From Asterias rubens (Eukaryota), in the NCBI RefSeq assembly GCF_902459465.1, contig NC_047067.1, forward strand, positions 20,026,001 through 20,090,000: a stretch of DNA of 64,000 bases, in the 5' to 3' direction. Positions 33,901 to 58,523 of the stretch are shown one piece after another. Positions within the stretch are counted from its first letter, which is position 1. The number at the start of each line of letters is the position of its first letter. Both the position numbers and the translations under genes were made by a program. The notes beneath the pieces are model-generated. The model did no database searches. It saw only the letters and a program-made list of their open reading frames with translations, and was not told the origin of the DNA.

Positions 33901-36348
33901 ACTTAATGTTTCTGAGGGAGGGGGGATGCTTGATGACCTAGGCCTATTCTTAAAATGTAATCAGGCTATTTATAAATTGCCAACTAAGAGATCCTTCTCT
34001 TGAGCGGTTTATACAAGTAGGCGATGGGTTGTTTTCATTTCGGTAAACCAAACTCTAACTAATTAAAGGCAGTTTCCCTTGTGGTTTATTTCTTGATAAT
34101 TTAAGGCATGGTAAACTTTTGGCAAAGATCAGTATCCTCACATTTTGTATCCCAACATATGAATAAGATAACAATCCTATGAAAATTTGGGCTCATTTGG
34201 TCTTGAATTTGTTATTTTATGCATGTTGAGATACACCAAGTGAGAAGACTGGTCTTTGACAATTACCAATAATGTCCATTGTCTTTAAGTTTCTAAAAAT
34301 GTTTGGTAATATCAACAGCTCTTCAGTGCTCTTTTCAAATTTGAGGTTTTATGGTCATAATTTTTTAAGAATAATTACCAAAGGTCACCATCCCTTTTTT
34401 TCAATGATTTTTGATTGCTATGACAACTGCATCAACAATGGAGGCATGATACTTATTATAATATAACCTACATTTTAATGGCGCAACCAAAATAAACACC
34501 CCAAAATAATGCCATCATGTGTTGGTCTGGCCTATTTTTGTTTTCCTTTTATCATTTTTTGTCTTCCCCCATTTAGAAATAAGGTCATGGTCTCAATATT
34601 TGTTAATTTAACTTCAAGGCTGCAATTCTGCAAATCAATCTCAAAATCGGGTAATGGATATTGATCTGTGTGGTTTTGCACAAATGAAAAACAAGAACTG
34701 GCAAAAACATGGCAATTCGACGATTTGACAACATCATGTTTTTTTTTAATTCAAAATAACTAGGCTACAGCACAGGTTGTCTAAAAATTGATTGGGAAAC
34801 TTTCTGGGAATCTGTGATGAAAAACCAGTGAACCATTAAAATAGTTCTCAACACTTGGTAACACACAAAATACTGAAACAAAAAAAAATAACACAAACAT
34901 AGTGCCAGAAACAAAATCGACACAATTGAGTTTTATTTTTAAATTGATGATCCCAACTTTATGACGTTATGGAATAACTATAATCTACATGATTGTCAGT
35001 AAGTAACAATGAAGCATGCAATTCTTTTCATAATATTCATAAAAATAAACACCTTGCATGCAAACATGTTAATACCAACAACTGCTAAAGAACTTGAGTA
35101 AAAAATTACCTACAATTGGGGGTTACACATGCAATAAAATAATGGGATCACTGCATGTATAAAAAGGCCACCCACTGAACACCAAACGAACAAGTTCTAT
35201 GGTAGTTACCCAGTGTATCCCTTCTTGGGTTGTTGGTTTGTGACTTCCACATGGGCTTCATTGGAAGCACTGTAAGTACAGGGCATGACATTGTATGCAT
35301 TTGTATTAGCAGAAATCATTAACTTTCAATACAAACAAACAAACAAACAAACAAACAAACAAACAAACAGACAGACAAACAAACACTTTCCATTACATTC
35401 CACATTGGCTTCCTTGGAAGCACTGTAAAGTCCCGGCATGACATTGATATGCAGTCATATTAGCAGAAATCGTTAACTTTCAATACAAACAAACAAAAGA
35501 ACAAACACACAAACAAACACTTTCCATTCAATTCCTTAAAAGGGCTGTGTCGTCATGATAAAAAAAAATTAAAATGCTCTCACACTAACTGTAACCTCCC
35601 TCCTTATCTCTATGGAGAGGGTGCGCGTGTGCAGTAACTGAGTGAGAGTCCATGGAGAGGGGATGTGCGTGCATCCATCACGGTGGTCTAGTGGTTAGAC
35701 TTCAGTACTTGCACTCAAAAGGTTGTGGGTTCGAATCCTACCAATCAAACCACTGACTTCACAATGACTAGAATATGTATTGTCGTCTAGTACTGAATCG
35801 TGTGCAATTCATAACTAAAGACGCTTAACCAATGTATGTATGAGAGAGATTGGCTGTTGCCAGCTTGGTGTTTCCCCTTGTAGGAGTTTGCCGAGTTCCC
35901 TTGACGGGAAGATCATCTTATCAAACAAACACACAAACTGGGTGAGAGTATAAATTCCTTGTGCAGCCACAGGCCAGCTTTGATCATGCTGAAACAGCCC
36001 CTTTAAAATACACAAACCATGCCCACTTTTTTAAATACAAAAACAGTTCCACAGCATCCACAGTTATTGATCAACAGAAGACCCAATAAGTAGCGTATTA
36101 ATCATCCATAATGCATAAAAAGTACAGTACACTTTCATAAAAAAAATGTGCCCCAAAATTTTGTGTTGCAAAAAAAACGTCATGGCGTGCACAAAAAAAT
36201 ACTGAAAACCGAGCAAGTAAAACACCCTTTTAAGGTGAAACAAATATTTCCTTTCACTCTTTGACACTGATAATTCTTGTCTTTTATATGTTTAAAAAAC
36301 GAATAAAATTTAGGGAAATGAATGTAAAACTCACCTAATTTCACCCAT
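18980..36348 (-). CDS. SLC25A22: Mitochondrial glutamate carrier (SLC25A22/SLC25A18 type), 326 aa
   Basis: Minus-strand exons 36348-36335, 31332-31201, 29722-29667, 26737-26647, 21407-21289, 20601-20360, 19966-19867 and 19206-18980 total 981 nt in phase. Protein [87 protein letters not shown], with three carrier signature motifs. A likely non-coding leader donor lies at about 38843. Confidence 0.95.
20075..20255 (+). mobile_element. SINE with GGTTTTCCTCCCAC core (V-SINE-like); copies at 24715-24890 (+) and 42900-43085 (-)
   Basis: All three share TCAGTCCCTA or GGATTGGGTTTTCA plus GGGGTTTTCCTCCYACMTCTAAAACTGA. The V-domain similarity is from recall only. Confidence 0.55.
25794..26390. repeat. 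Diverged tandem duplication, period about 330 bp, in an SLC25A22 intron
   Basis: CAGTCCCTRAGTAAGGTCTTAA at 25794 and 26124. GATTACATCAATGAATTGAACATCA and TACCAGCTTTACTCRATACTCTG occur in both copies. Confidence 0.85.
28000..28336. mobile_element. Kolobok/T2-like MITE (subfamily A), TTAA-flanked
   Basis: TTAAAGGCACTGGACACTATTGGTAATT ... AAAGGTGCCCAGTGCCTTTAA; the interior is homologous to 39561-39877 and 43382-43768. Confidence 0.85.
32919..33148. repeat. Two ~95-bp direct repeats, period 136 bp
   Basis: GGCAAATYCGG(G)CCGYACAATT...CTCTCTYGCACATTTTSACAGTAWCAATCGGTARCGAAGCGAGCKCTACAACARATTCAA at 32919 and 33055. Confidence 0.85.
34101..34288. mobile_element. Short TTAA-flanked MITE derivative made of two inverted copies of the same end module
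   Basis: The left half is the reverse complement of the subfamily-A right-end module; the right half is the standard right end ending GTCCATTGTCTTTAA. Confidence 0.65.
35245..35529. repeat. Tandem duplication (period 153 bp) containing an (AAAC)n microsatellite of different length in each copy
   Basis: TTCCACATKGGCTTCMTTGGAAGCACTGTAA...TTAGCAGAAATCRTTAACTTTCAATAC(AAAC)n-ACTTTCCATT occurs at 35245 and 35398. Confidence 0.9.
35676..35745 (+). mobile_element. tRNA-like SINE head or tRNA pseudogene
   Basis: A-box TGGTCTAGTGG and B-box GGTTCGAATCC at tRNA spacing, but the 5' and 3' ends do not form an acceptor stem. Confidence 0.55.
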
Positions 36349-37954
36349 TCCAAGGAGAAATCTATCTTTAAGTATTCCGGCGTTGTTTACAGTTCTTCTG
36401 ATGTGTTTACAAAATCAAGTTGCTCTGGAATTGAGTTCTCTGGAGCAGCCGCGGCTAATCAGGCCTGTACAAACACCGTTTCTCTGGAGCTACCTACGCA
36501 ACCGATCAACTGGAAGGAAAGAGGTTTGAATACGTGAGATTTGAATACGTGAGATGGTATTTTCCTTCCATACAGTGCTGGCCACTAGTGGTAATTAGTC
36601 AAAGTTGTTTGCATATAAACGAGCGAATGGAGAGCTGTTGATAGTATAAAACCTTGTGAGAAACTTAGTTTTTATGAGAAAGAGGTAATTTCTCACTCAA
36701 TTTATAATAAAAGACTTCAGCTGAAGCCTTTTATTATGCATCTGAAGCAAAAAAAAGTAATGCAACAAGGGTATTATTTTTTTTCACTACTCCCTTACAA
36801 ATTTGATGACCAATAGAGCCCAAATTTTCACAGGTTTGTTATTTTGTGCATTTGTTGGGACACACCAAGTGAGAATACTTGTCTTTTACAGTTACCAATT
36901 GTGTCCACTGTCCAGTGACTTTATTAAGAAAACACATGTGTACCTCTACACGTACTCCACATAAATAAGACACCCCCTCTACGTGTATACCATGACTGTA
37001 ACCAGACCACTTAAGAATATAGAGCATGACGTTTAAAATGCACTCGTCACAATTTTGCAGCTCTCACCTTGTTCGTGTGCAATTTATGACTAAATGGACT
37101 TAAATTTCCCCAACTGTCCTAAATACAGAACACTAGAGTAGATAAATTACCGAGGACGTGTAACCCTGCCTAGAGTAAGCATTCACATATAATACACTCA
37201 TTAAATTATTCAACAGCGTAATATAGTCGTACGTCAGCTGCCCATATTAATGAATCTCATTTACCTGTCTTCCCTCTAATATTGGTAAATTTATTTTAAA
37301 TGATTGGTTGGAACTAGGATGCATAAACTTTGGCAGTCAACGTTTGCTTCAATCATCATAAAGGGTTAGGAATGCTTAGGTGAACCATTCCATGGGTGAA
37401 CTGTAAGGGTAAAAACAAATTATATTCTTTATCCCGATGCTGTTCATGGTTGATAGTATAAAACATTAATGAGAAATGGCTGAAGAAGTGACATAGTTTT
37501 TGAGTAAGAGATAATTTCTCATTCAAATATTAAAAAAACTTCAGGCCGCCTGAAGCCTTTTATAAGGAACCTGAAAGCACACAAATTTGAGCAACAACAC
37601 AATTGGTGTTATTTCTTTCATTATTCTCTTGCAACGTCAACGACCAATTGAGTCCATATTTTCACATTTGTTATTTTATGCATGTTGGGATGTATACACT
37701 TTAGTGAGAATAATAACTGGTCTACAACTCCCGAGGGTTTAGTGCCTTTAAGCACATTTTTTGAACCAACTGTAGATTATTGGCTGAATGGTAATACACT
37801 GCACTGCCAAGTTGTTCACACTGAATGTTAAAAGCCATGGACCTTTATGAAGGATCCAACCTAATTGACATTCAGTACTCGGTCGCAAACATGAGCATCA
37901 TATTCATCGAGGATGCTCGGGTTATGATTAGCTCCGGTTATGAATGAATGGATT

Positions 37955-38062
37955 TAGTTGCGATAGTCATAACCTCCATCCTCCCGACACAGTCGGATGG
38001 AGGGTTACGATTATCGCAACTACCTTCCGACAGTGACACACAGGGAAGATGGAGGGTTGCGA
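37955..38062. repeat. Hairpin element of the 8625-8740 family
   Basis: TAGTTGCGATAGTCATAACCTCCATCC / GGATGGAGGGTTACGATTATCGCAACTA inverted arms, plus an extra GATGGAGGGTTGCGA copy. Confidence 0.7.
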
Positions 38063-39560
38063 GTATTGTGAGAACACGTATCTAAATCTCCCTAACAGTT
38101 TACACTATAAAGTAGGGTGTTCAAAAGTAAACGAAAAACTTTGAGAGGTTGAATACAGTGCAAACAGGGGTTAAAAACAAAATCCACTTAGTCAGGGTCC
38201 TAACTAACTAAAGACTCCTATTTCATCAGAACAGAATCAGACAGAAAGCACACAAAGTTGCTAAGCACAACAAAATTGTGCTTATTACATTAAAGATAAA
38301 AGAAAACCAGCCAAAATACCATTTCCCATGTACGATTTGTGACTGTAGGAGTGTAGTGTATCATCAGGCTCATTTATGCAGAAAACTGTCACTTTGCCCA
38401 TTCATGTGATCATGTTGCCTGCCTCTGTACATGCAGACGTGTGTGTGTCTGTGCATGGAGGTAGGAATCCTGGGCTGTGTGGCGGAGTAGGAAATTCGGC
38501 CCAAATGCAGCAAAGACATTCCAGGAATAACTTACACTCAGAAAATGAATCGGTAGACGGTTATCTAGCCAGATTTGTGACGATATCTTAATCGAAATAA
38601 CCAGGATTTCACGTGGTTCCAATCGTGGTTATCATGGAGATGCTCCCCGCCACGTTTGATCGTACGGTTTTCGATGACATCCGCAAATTTCGAGCATGCA
38701 CCGAGTGCATGGGATGGTTGGAATGGCTCAAAAGTCAATAATGAATGCCAAAAATTAGCAAAAGCCGGTCACAAATTTCACACCCATATTCATGTGCTAC
38801 ACATTTTTGTATAATTAAATATTAATGAGAAATACACACTTACCAAATGTTACTCTGAATGTGTAATTTTCCGCTCTGTTTTCTGTTAAAATTTGAGAAA
38901 ATTCTTCAGCCAGTCACTCCTTTACACTCGTACAACCGTCTTTACATCCGTGTGTGTGTAGTGTGATCGTACGGGACGGGGACGTAGCACGCACATGTAA
39001 CGTGCTTTTACCGTTTGTTCTATAACAACTGAACTAGCATACTCAATATTTATCTTGTGGTTATGTGGCGACCGCCAAAACACTTCTCATTCATATGTAA
39101 ATAAGGGGCGGTGCATGTAGACAACAGAATTGATTTTAATTGGACAGTTATAATAATTTACATAAAGAGCAAAGTGCTCGCTTTGTTGATTCGCCGGCGT
39201 GATCCGGGAGGCGAGGAATTTTATGAATGAAATACCAGCGGTCAAGCATGTCTAGTAGTATTTATAGTAGGGACCCTTGTAATCTTTCTTCGGACTGGCT
39301 GGACCTATACGACCCCCCCCAAACAAAAACAAAACACACACCCAAAAACCACAAACACACCCACCCGGATCCCAGATGCAAGAGTACAACTTTGACGAAT
39401 AAAAATAGTCTAAATTTGGTCTTGAAGTAATATAATTTATATGTTTTCCTGTAATAAATTAAGAAACAGTTATTCAACTTCGAGGGCCGGGTAAAGTTAG
39501 CTATTAGGCACCGGTTCAAGCTTCCTCCATGGTAGAAGGAAATTACTTTTGATGGTGTGC

Positions 39561-39877
39561 TTAAAGGCAGTGGACACTATTGGTAATTACTCAAAATAAT
39601 AATTAGCACAAAATCTTACTTGGTAAAGAGTAATGGGGAGAGGTTGGTAGTCTAAAACATTATGAGAAATGGCTCCCTCTGAAGTGGAGTACTTTTCGAG
39701 AAAGAAGTAATTTTCCACAAAATTTGATTTCGAGACCTCAGTTCTTATTATTATTTATTAGTTCGATGACCGATTGAGCTCAAATTTTCACAGGTTTGTT
39801 ATTTTATGCATATGTTGAGATACACAAAGTGAGAAGACTGGTCTTTGACAATTACCAATAGTGTCCACTGCCTTTAA
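39561..39877. mobile_element. Kolobok/T2-like MITE (subfamily A), in the SLC25A22-IARS2 divergent intergenic region
   Basis: Perfect 28-bp inverted termini including TTAA: TTAAAGGCAGTGGACACTATTGGTAATT ... AATTACCAATAGTGTCCACTGCCTTTAA. Confidence 0.92.
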
Positions 39878-40280
39878 TGTTTGTTTTTGTCTGTTTTGTT
39901 TTTAGCGTTTTTGTTTGATCCCCACTGTATGAACATAAATACACTTTAAACATAACAATTATTATTCCCGTTTTCTTCAGAAACAAAAATTGATGGCAAA
40001 TTTTAACAAGATTTGAGATTTTCGTATAGCGCCCTCTATTGCTCAATCCTTTTAGTCTAGTCCCTAGAGTTAGTGAGTTCACCTATCTTATCTAAATGTA
40101 CAAAGCACCATGCTACCAAGATGTCAGCCTCCATGAACCATAGCTAATCGGAATGATGTTGGGTGATGTTGGGTGGTAAAATTAAACTGGAAAACGCACC
40201 AGTTTCTTCTTGGTTATGAGTATTTCTGTAATAATTGATATCAACATTTGGATAACATCCTACATTCTACCATCACCAGC

Positions 40281-53230
<12,950 letters not shown>

Positions 53231-53525
53231 GACTACAGCAGGCTGCTGAATACTATTTTGTGCCAATGTGGAATTTACCCCAAACTCCCTTTTACACTAT
53301 TCAAAAGTAATCAACATTGTGCATTGACGTCATCCAGTCGCCATCTTAGAGGTAAACTAATGATGAAAGCATTTGTGCGTCTGCTTGTGCACAACTCTAA
53401 AGCCAATCCATTGTTGTATGCTTGTTTGAATGTAATGAGCATATTTCGTAGTTTATTGGTTCCGAGCCCTGTACATGTATATCCCAAGATCTGTTGAATT
53501 CTATACACATAATGAATGTTTATGA

Positions 53526-53933
53526 GTGCAATGGTGCGAATAATGTTCATGAGTTGAAAGATGGAATGTTCTATTCAACGAGGCGGAGCCGAGTTGAATG
53601 GAACATTCCAGCTTTCAACGAATGAACATGTTCGCACCATTGCACGAATGAAAAACATTCATTATTTGTTTTATATAACATCCAAGTAGATCTCTGTCAT
53701 TTTGATTGAAAGATACAACTTTCAAAACAAACCAAGCGTAGGCCTACAATTTTTAATTGTAGAAGCCGAATGCTAGAAATTTTACTTATTTTTATGCCTT
53801 GCAGTAACACATGCTGCGTTACCAAAGGCACGCGCACGCAGTGATTTTTTTACTCGGCTTTTTCGTTCCATCCGAAAAGTACCATTGCACGCTGCCAGCG
53901 TGCAATGGTACTTTTCGGATGGAACGAAAAAGC
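53526..53933. repeat. Palindromic dispersed element with two hairpins, between convergent IARS2 and CCDC34
   Basis: ~53-bp imperfect arms 53526-53579/53593-53645 around GAGGCGGAGCCGA, and perfect 38-bp arms 53857-53894/53896-53933. Confidence 0.85.
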
Positions 53934-54827
53934 ACGGTGAGTGATTCAGCGTGCAATGGTACATTTATTTGCTATCACGTGACGGACAATCCTCCAATCA
54001 AATGGCAAGGATCTGATTGGGTGTTATATAATACCTTCTAATGATAAAACAAGGAAGGTCGTGGTAGCACTTAAAGACTAACTAGTTACATGAAAAACTG
54101 CATTAGCTTTTGTAGCAACAACTACTTAATCAGATGCAAAGAAGGGGACTTGCTAGTTACATGTGATTTATGCACAAGAACGTAATGGGTGATAAAGTAG
54201 TTGTTGCTACGAAAGCTCATGCAGTTTTGAATGTAATTAGTTAGTCTTCAAGTGCTAGTACAACCAACAACCTTGCTTGTTTTATATATCAGACTAAGGC
54301 AGCTTCTTTTTATTGTTCATATGATTTGACCATCTGCTACAATTTACCCTCTTTGAAAGGAGACACACAGGGCACTGTTCAAGGTAGTGCTACAGTTATA
54401 AGTCAAACAAATTTTACTCAATGACTTTAAAGAGAGTTAATATTTTATTTGCATTTAGGTTGTTACAATTTTACAAAAGTTGTACATATTTATATTTATA
54501 TTAAAAGATGACTTTACGTGCATACAATTTTTGCCCAGCTGCCAGTTTTGCATATTTCTGTAGTATTTACAATCTAAATGTTGACCTAACCCCAAATTAA
54601 CCCACCTTACCGCCACGCACTCAATCTGGCGACGGACTTAACTGAACTAAATTAAAACGTCTTGCATCCTATAAAAACTAGAACTATCTCAAACACTTTT
54701 TGAAAAAATACAAAATAATTGTTTCAACAGTCGGTAGAGTGCCGGCGCGTTAATCAGGAGGTCCTTGGTTCAAATGCCGCTATTGTAAATTTTTCTTTGT
54801 TCAACCCCCAAATCAAAGTCTTCAATA

Positions 54828-57648
54828 TCACCTTGGTCTCCCCCATTTGTTACATTTCTCCCTCGTCTCTCGCTCCTTAAATAGAAGAGGAGGCGAGGCA
54901 GGCTGGAGCACAACTCCTTGAGACTTCTTAGTCGTCTTGCTTCTTGGACCACTCTTCTTTTTTCCTCCTCGGTTGTCTTGGCCCTCTGTGGGTTTAGGGA
55001 TGTGGATCGGCATCCATGGAACTGGGTTGTAGTAGTTAGGGATTGGGTACGTGGCTGTATTGTAGTAACCTGAATGTGGGGGACAAAAAGTTATAATGAA
55101 ATCTATTCAAACAGATGACTTTGTACAAATTTGGAGTCCCATGCCCAAAGCAGGCTACCTTCCTGCCACAACTCAAAGTCTGAGTTTATTTGATCTTATT
55201 GTACAATTAATTTTTTTGTATTAACTTATCAGCCCAGTCGCAAATGCGCAACAAAGAATTTGGAAGATTGTGCCCGAACTCCTGCGAAACATTCAGAAGT
55301 TGAGCCAAAAGACACTGAATAGAAAAGAGGTCTTCGGAATGTTTATCTTGGTGTGTCTTTGTTTAAAATGACCTAATGTGCATTCTGGAGCATTATAAAT
55401 GGTTTTATTTTGAAGATTTTTGTGTAAAGGAGGATTGTGCGCATATCAGCAGCACACAATCGAGCATATCAGCCAGATAGGCAAGCTTGTGCACTGGGAA
55501 AACCCTGCATTCCACTATTTCTCAAAACTGCCAAATTCAAATCAGCTTGGGACGTCGCATACTGATTTATCTCTTGCGTACCTTTGAGCATTCCTTGACT
55601 GACTCCAAAACTACTTGGCACTGGTTTAGGTTTCTTGACGGCATCTTTGTACCATCTGTTGTAAGCCTCATCTGCCTTAGCTTTGCGTTCTCGCTCCTCC
55701 TCAGCTAGTCTTGACTTCTCTTCATCTTCTTTTGTCTTCTGCTGTAGTGCTTTCTCTTTCTTGTCTGCCAGCCATTGCTCTCTGCTCGCCTGTATTGGAA
55801 TAAGCCCTCAGTCTGATAAATTATACAATTCTATTGATTATCAAAGATAACTTACCCATTATATACAAATGGGATCAATCTAAACTAAGCTAGGTTGCGG
55901 CATTTGAATATCTCTTTTGAGTAGTGTTGGTTCTGTAAAGAACCGGTGGTTAACAACTCATCGTTTTGTTCAGTATGCTCTGATTGGCAGATGTGAATCG
56001 TTAATAACCATCGGTTCTTTTCAGAACAAACTCAACAGAGATTTCAATTGTTGTTTACCGCAATCCTCTCTTTTACTTCCACCATGCAAAGTTTCAACTC
56101 CTACTTCAAACAGTTCAATTATTAACCTATGTCAGAATTTGTTTCTCGCTTCAATTTTGGTCCTGTACACAAAATTCCAGTCAAGTAATTATTTTGAGCT
56201 ACAAGCCCTGCGGGGTTTCAGGCCTGTGTACATGTACTTCATTTTTGAAAGGGTAATGGCACCAAGGCATTTTCTCCTTGGTAAAGGGCACCCTATGAGG
56301 AAATTGTAAATTTCTATTGGAGCATTTCAAGGGCACCAAGGCAATAACCAGGGGGCCTTTGTTGCCTCCATGAAGTATCAGCAATGGATATAGTACCTTA
56401 GCTCTATCCATTATTTCCTGCTTCTCTTTTTCTTTCTTATCTTTCTTCTTCTGTTCTTTCCTCGCTTCCTTCTTCCTCATCTCCACCACCCAGTTCGTTT
56501 TCTCCTCCACCCATTCATTGACTCTCACTTTGATGACCGCTTCCTTTTCCTTCTGGGCCCTCTCCTCCTCATCTTTCTTCCGCTGTTCACTCCTCTCTTT
56601 TCTGACTAATAGTCTCACCCGCTTTCTTTCCTCTTCAGTCTTCTGAACTAACCATTTCTCCCACGGGGAGAGCTCTGGCTCATGGGGGGATGATTGCGTG
56701 AGTGTTTTTGATGAGGAGGATGAAGAGATGCGAACTGGGGTTGTCCTTGAGGTTGACCTGGTACTTGATGATGCGGCAGACTTGGATCTCTGTCTTGATT
56801 GGCTAGACGCTGCTGATGACACCCCTTCTTGTCTTGGTGTTGATTGTTTGGATGTTGAGGCAGATCTTGTCCTGGATCCTGATTGGTTAGACTGGATTGA
56901 GGACTTGGAATGCGTGATCGATGAAGATGGTGGCGATTCTGATCTGAAAAAAAAAATGTTTTAAAGAAATTACCAAAAACAGAGCAAAAATTAAAAAAAT
57001 TAGAAGAATGATGAAATTGTGGCACACTTTGTAATGTATCTAATAATTTCTCTGTTCTTTGTAGTACACCATTTGCAGAGATGTCAACATTGCTATAATC
57101 AGGGACGTTTTAAAATTTTGTTTACCATTAGAACATGGACATATTGGTTTAGGGCTTTCTGCAGAATTAGAGAGTTGGCAGAGCTCTGCACTTATTTTTC
57201 CTTGAAGTTTTAGAAAGAAAACAGGTTGACAAACAAATCATGGAATGACATACACCCAGTAGCTGGGGCGCACTACACAAATTGTGACTTCTTCGGTCAT
57301 ACTAGCATGACTGCTAGCACTCCAATTATTGGTTCTAGGAATTATACAAATTTGTTTGATGAAGTGAGAACCACACCTCCTTTTCCGAGATGATAACTTT
57401 GACGAAGATGACGTTGAACTCGAGGAGCTGGAAGAATAACTGCCATCAGAGATGTTCTCCACGCTGCTATGAGACAAAACGGACAACAACGACCTTGTTG
57501 ATGCCCCAGTCCGCTCCAAGCCACTGCTCCTGCCAACAACTAACTCTGGACTCCCCAAAGAATCATCATCGATGTTCCTCTCGGATGCGGCTTCCTCCCT
57601 CTTTGGGGTGGAGTGAGCTCGAGGGTCGTTCTCTATATCACTTTCCAT
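54828..57648 (-). CDS. CCDC34: Coiled-coil domain-containing protein 34
   Basis: Minus-strand exons 57648-57377, 56943-56397, 55789-55582 and 55069-54828 join in phase. Motifs STRSLLSVLSH, LSPWEKWLVQKTEEERKR, an E/K-rich coiled coil, KKPKPVPSSFGVSQGMLKGYY and YYNPVPWMPIHIPKP match CCDC34 (DUF4207-type) hallmarks. An acceptor sits 1 nt upstream of the ATG. Confidence 0.85.
55893..56105. mobile_element. Penelope-like/retrozyme-like repeat fragment in inverted arrangement, with a decayed hammerhead-like motif on the minus strand
   Basis: The minus arm AATCAG-AGCATA-CTGAAC-AAAACGATGAG-TTGTTAACCACCGGTTCTTTACAGAACCAACACTACTCAAAAGAGAT matches copies at 46540-46620 and 60142-60200. The plus arm repeats the tail. 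Confidence 0.6.
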
Positions 57649-58523
57649 TCTGTAGAATTAGATCTTCACATTGGGATACTTTTTAATGATAAACAAGAAC
57701 AAAACTAAACATTAAATCAATTGCCAAATTATGGTATGAGTTTCATCTTGCAATCGAGAAGACTTCGTACAAAAATCAGGCGCTATTTCGAATTACATTC
57801 TTTCAATATAATTAATGGAGCAAAAAATTCCTTTTATTATTTAAAACTAAAAGGGGAATGGATTTCCATATGTTTTAATCAGAACCGGTGGAATTTTGGA
57901 CTGAGTATGTCTCAATTTAACTATCTTATAGTAACAATAATTTGTAACGGTATGGATGACTGTTGTTTTGACATTTTACAGTTTTATAATAAAAAAGAAA
58001 ACAAAGATTATACTGAAAGAAAGAAATTATTGGTGAAAAACGTTGAGAACTTTAGAAACTAGAAAGAGTTACAACAAGAAAAGACAAATTAGATATTAAG
58101 AACATGGCTGTGAGGGATGCACATTTACAAATAAACTAATAATAATTTACTTTAGATGAAAATAGCCTCACCAAAATAGCGCAAAAGATTCACCGTTCGT
58201 TCGCCTTTTTCATTTTGTATTGTAAATACGAAAAACTAAAGGGAGCCCTCCATTGGCAACAAACCGTCAGTATTAGTCTGATACCCAAAATTTACGTTCA
58301 CTTTATCATTACCTGTTACATAATGACAATGGGTAGTACGTTGATTCAACCTGCTACTTTTTGCGCGGGGTAGGCGGGGCGTGATGACCCCTCTAAAGTT
58401 CATTGCACAATTCGATGTCAACCAACAACTACTCACTACTGGGATCTCTAACCAGCTCTTGAATTTGATTGCATCAATATCTTGTTTAGCTCTTCCTTTA
58501 ACAGGAAGACGGCATCTAAAGAT

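Noticed and set aside
34814-34877. Box C/D snoRNA (TGATGA...CTGA)
   Set aside because: There is no terminal stem, no C'/D' boxes and no recognisable rRNA antisense element.
56648-57025. Q/H-rich and D/L-rich ORFs overlapping CCDC34 exon 2
   Set aside because: These are alternative-frame and antisense readings of a low-complexity Ser-rich exon.
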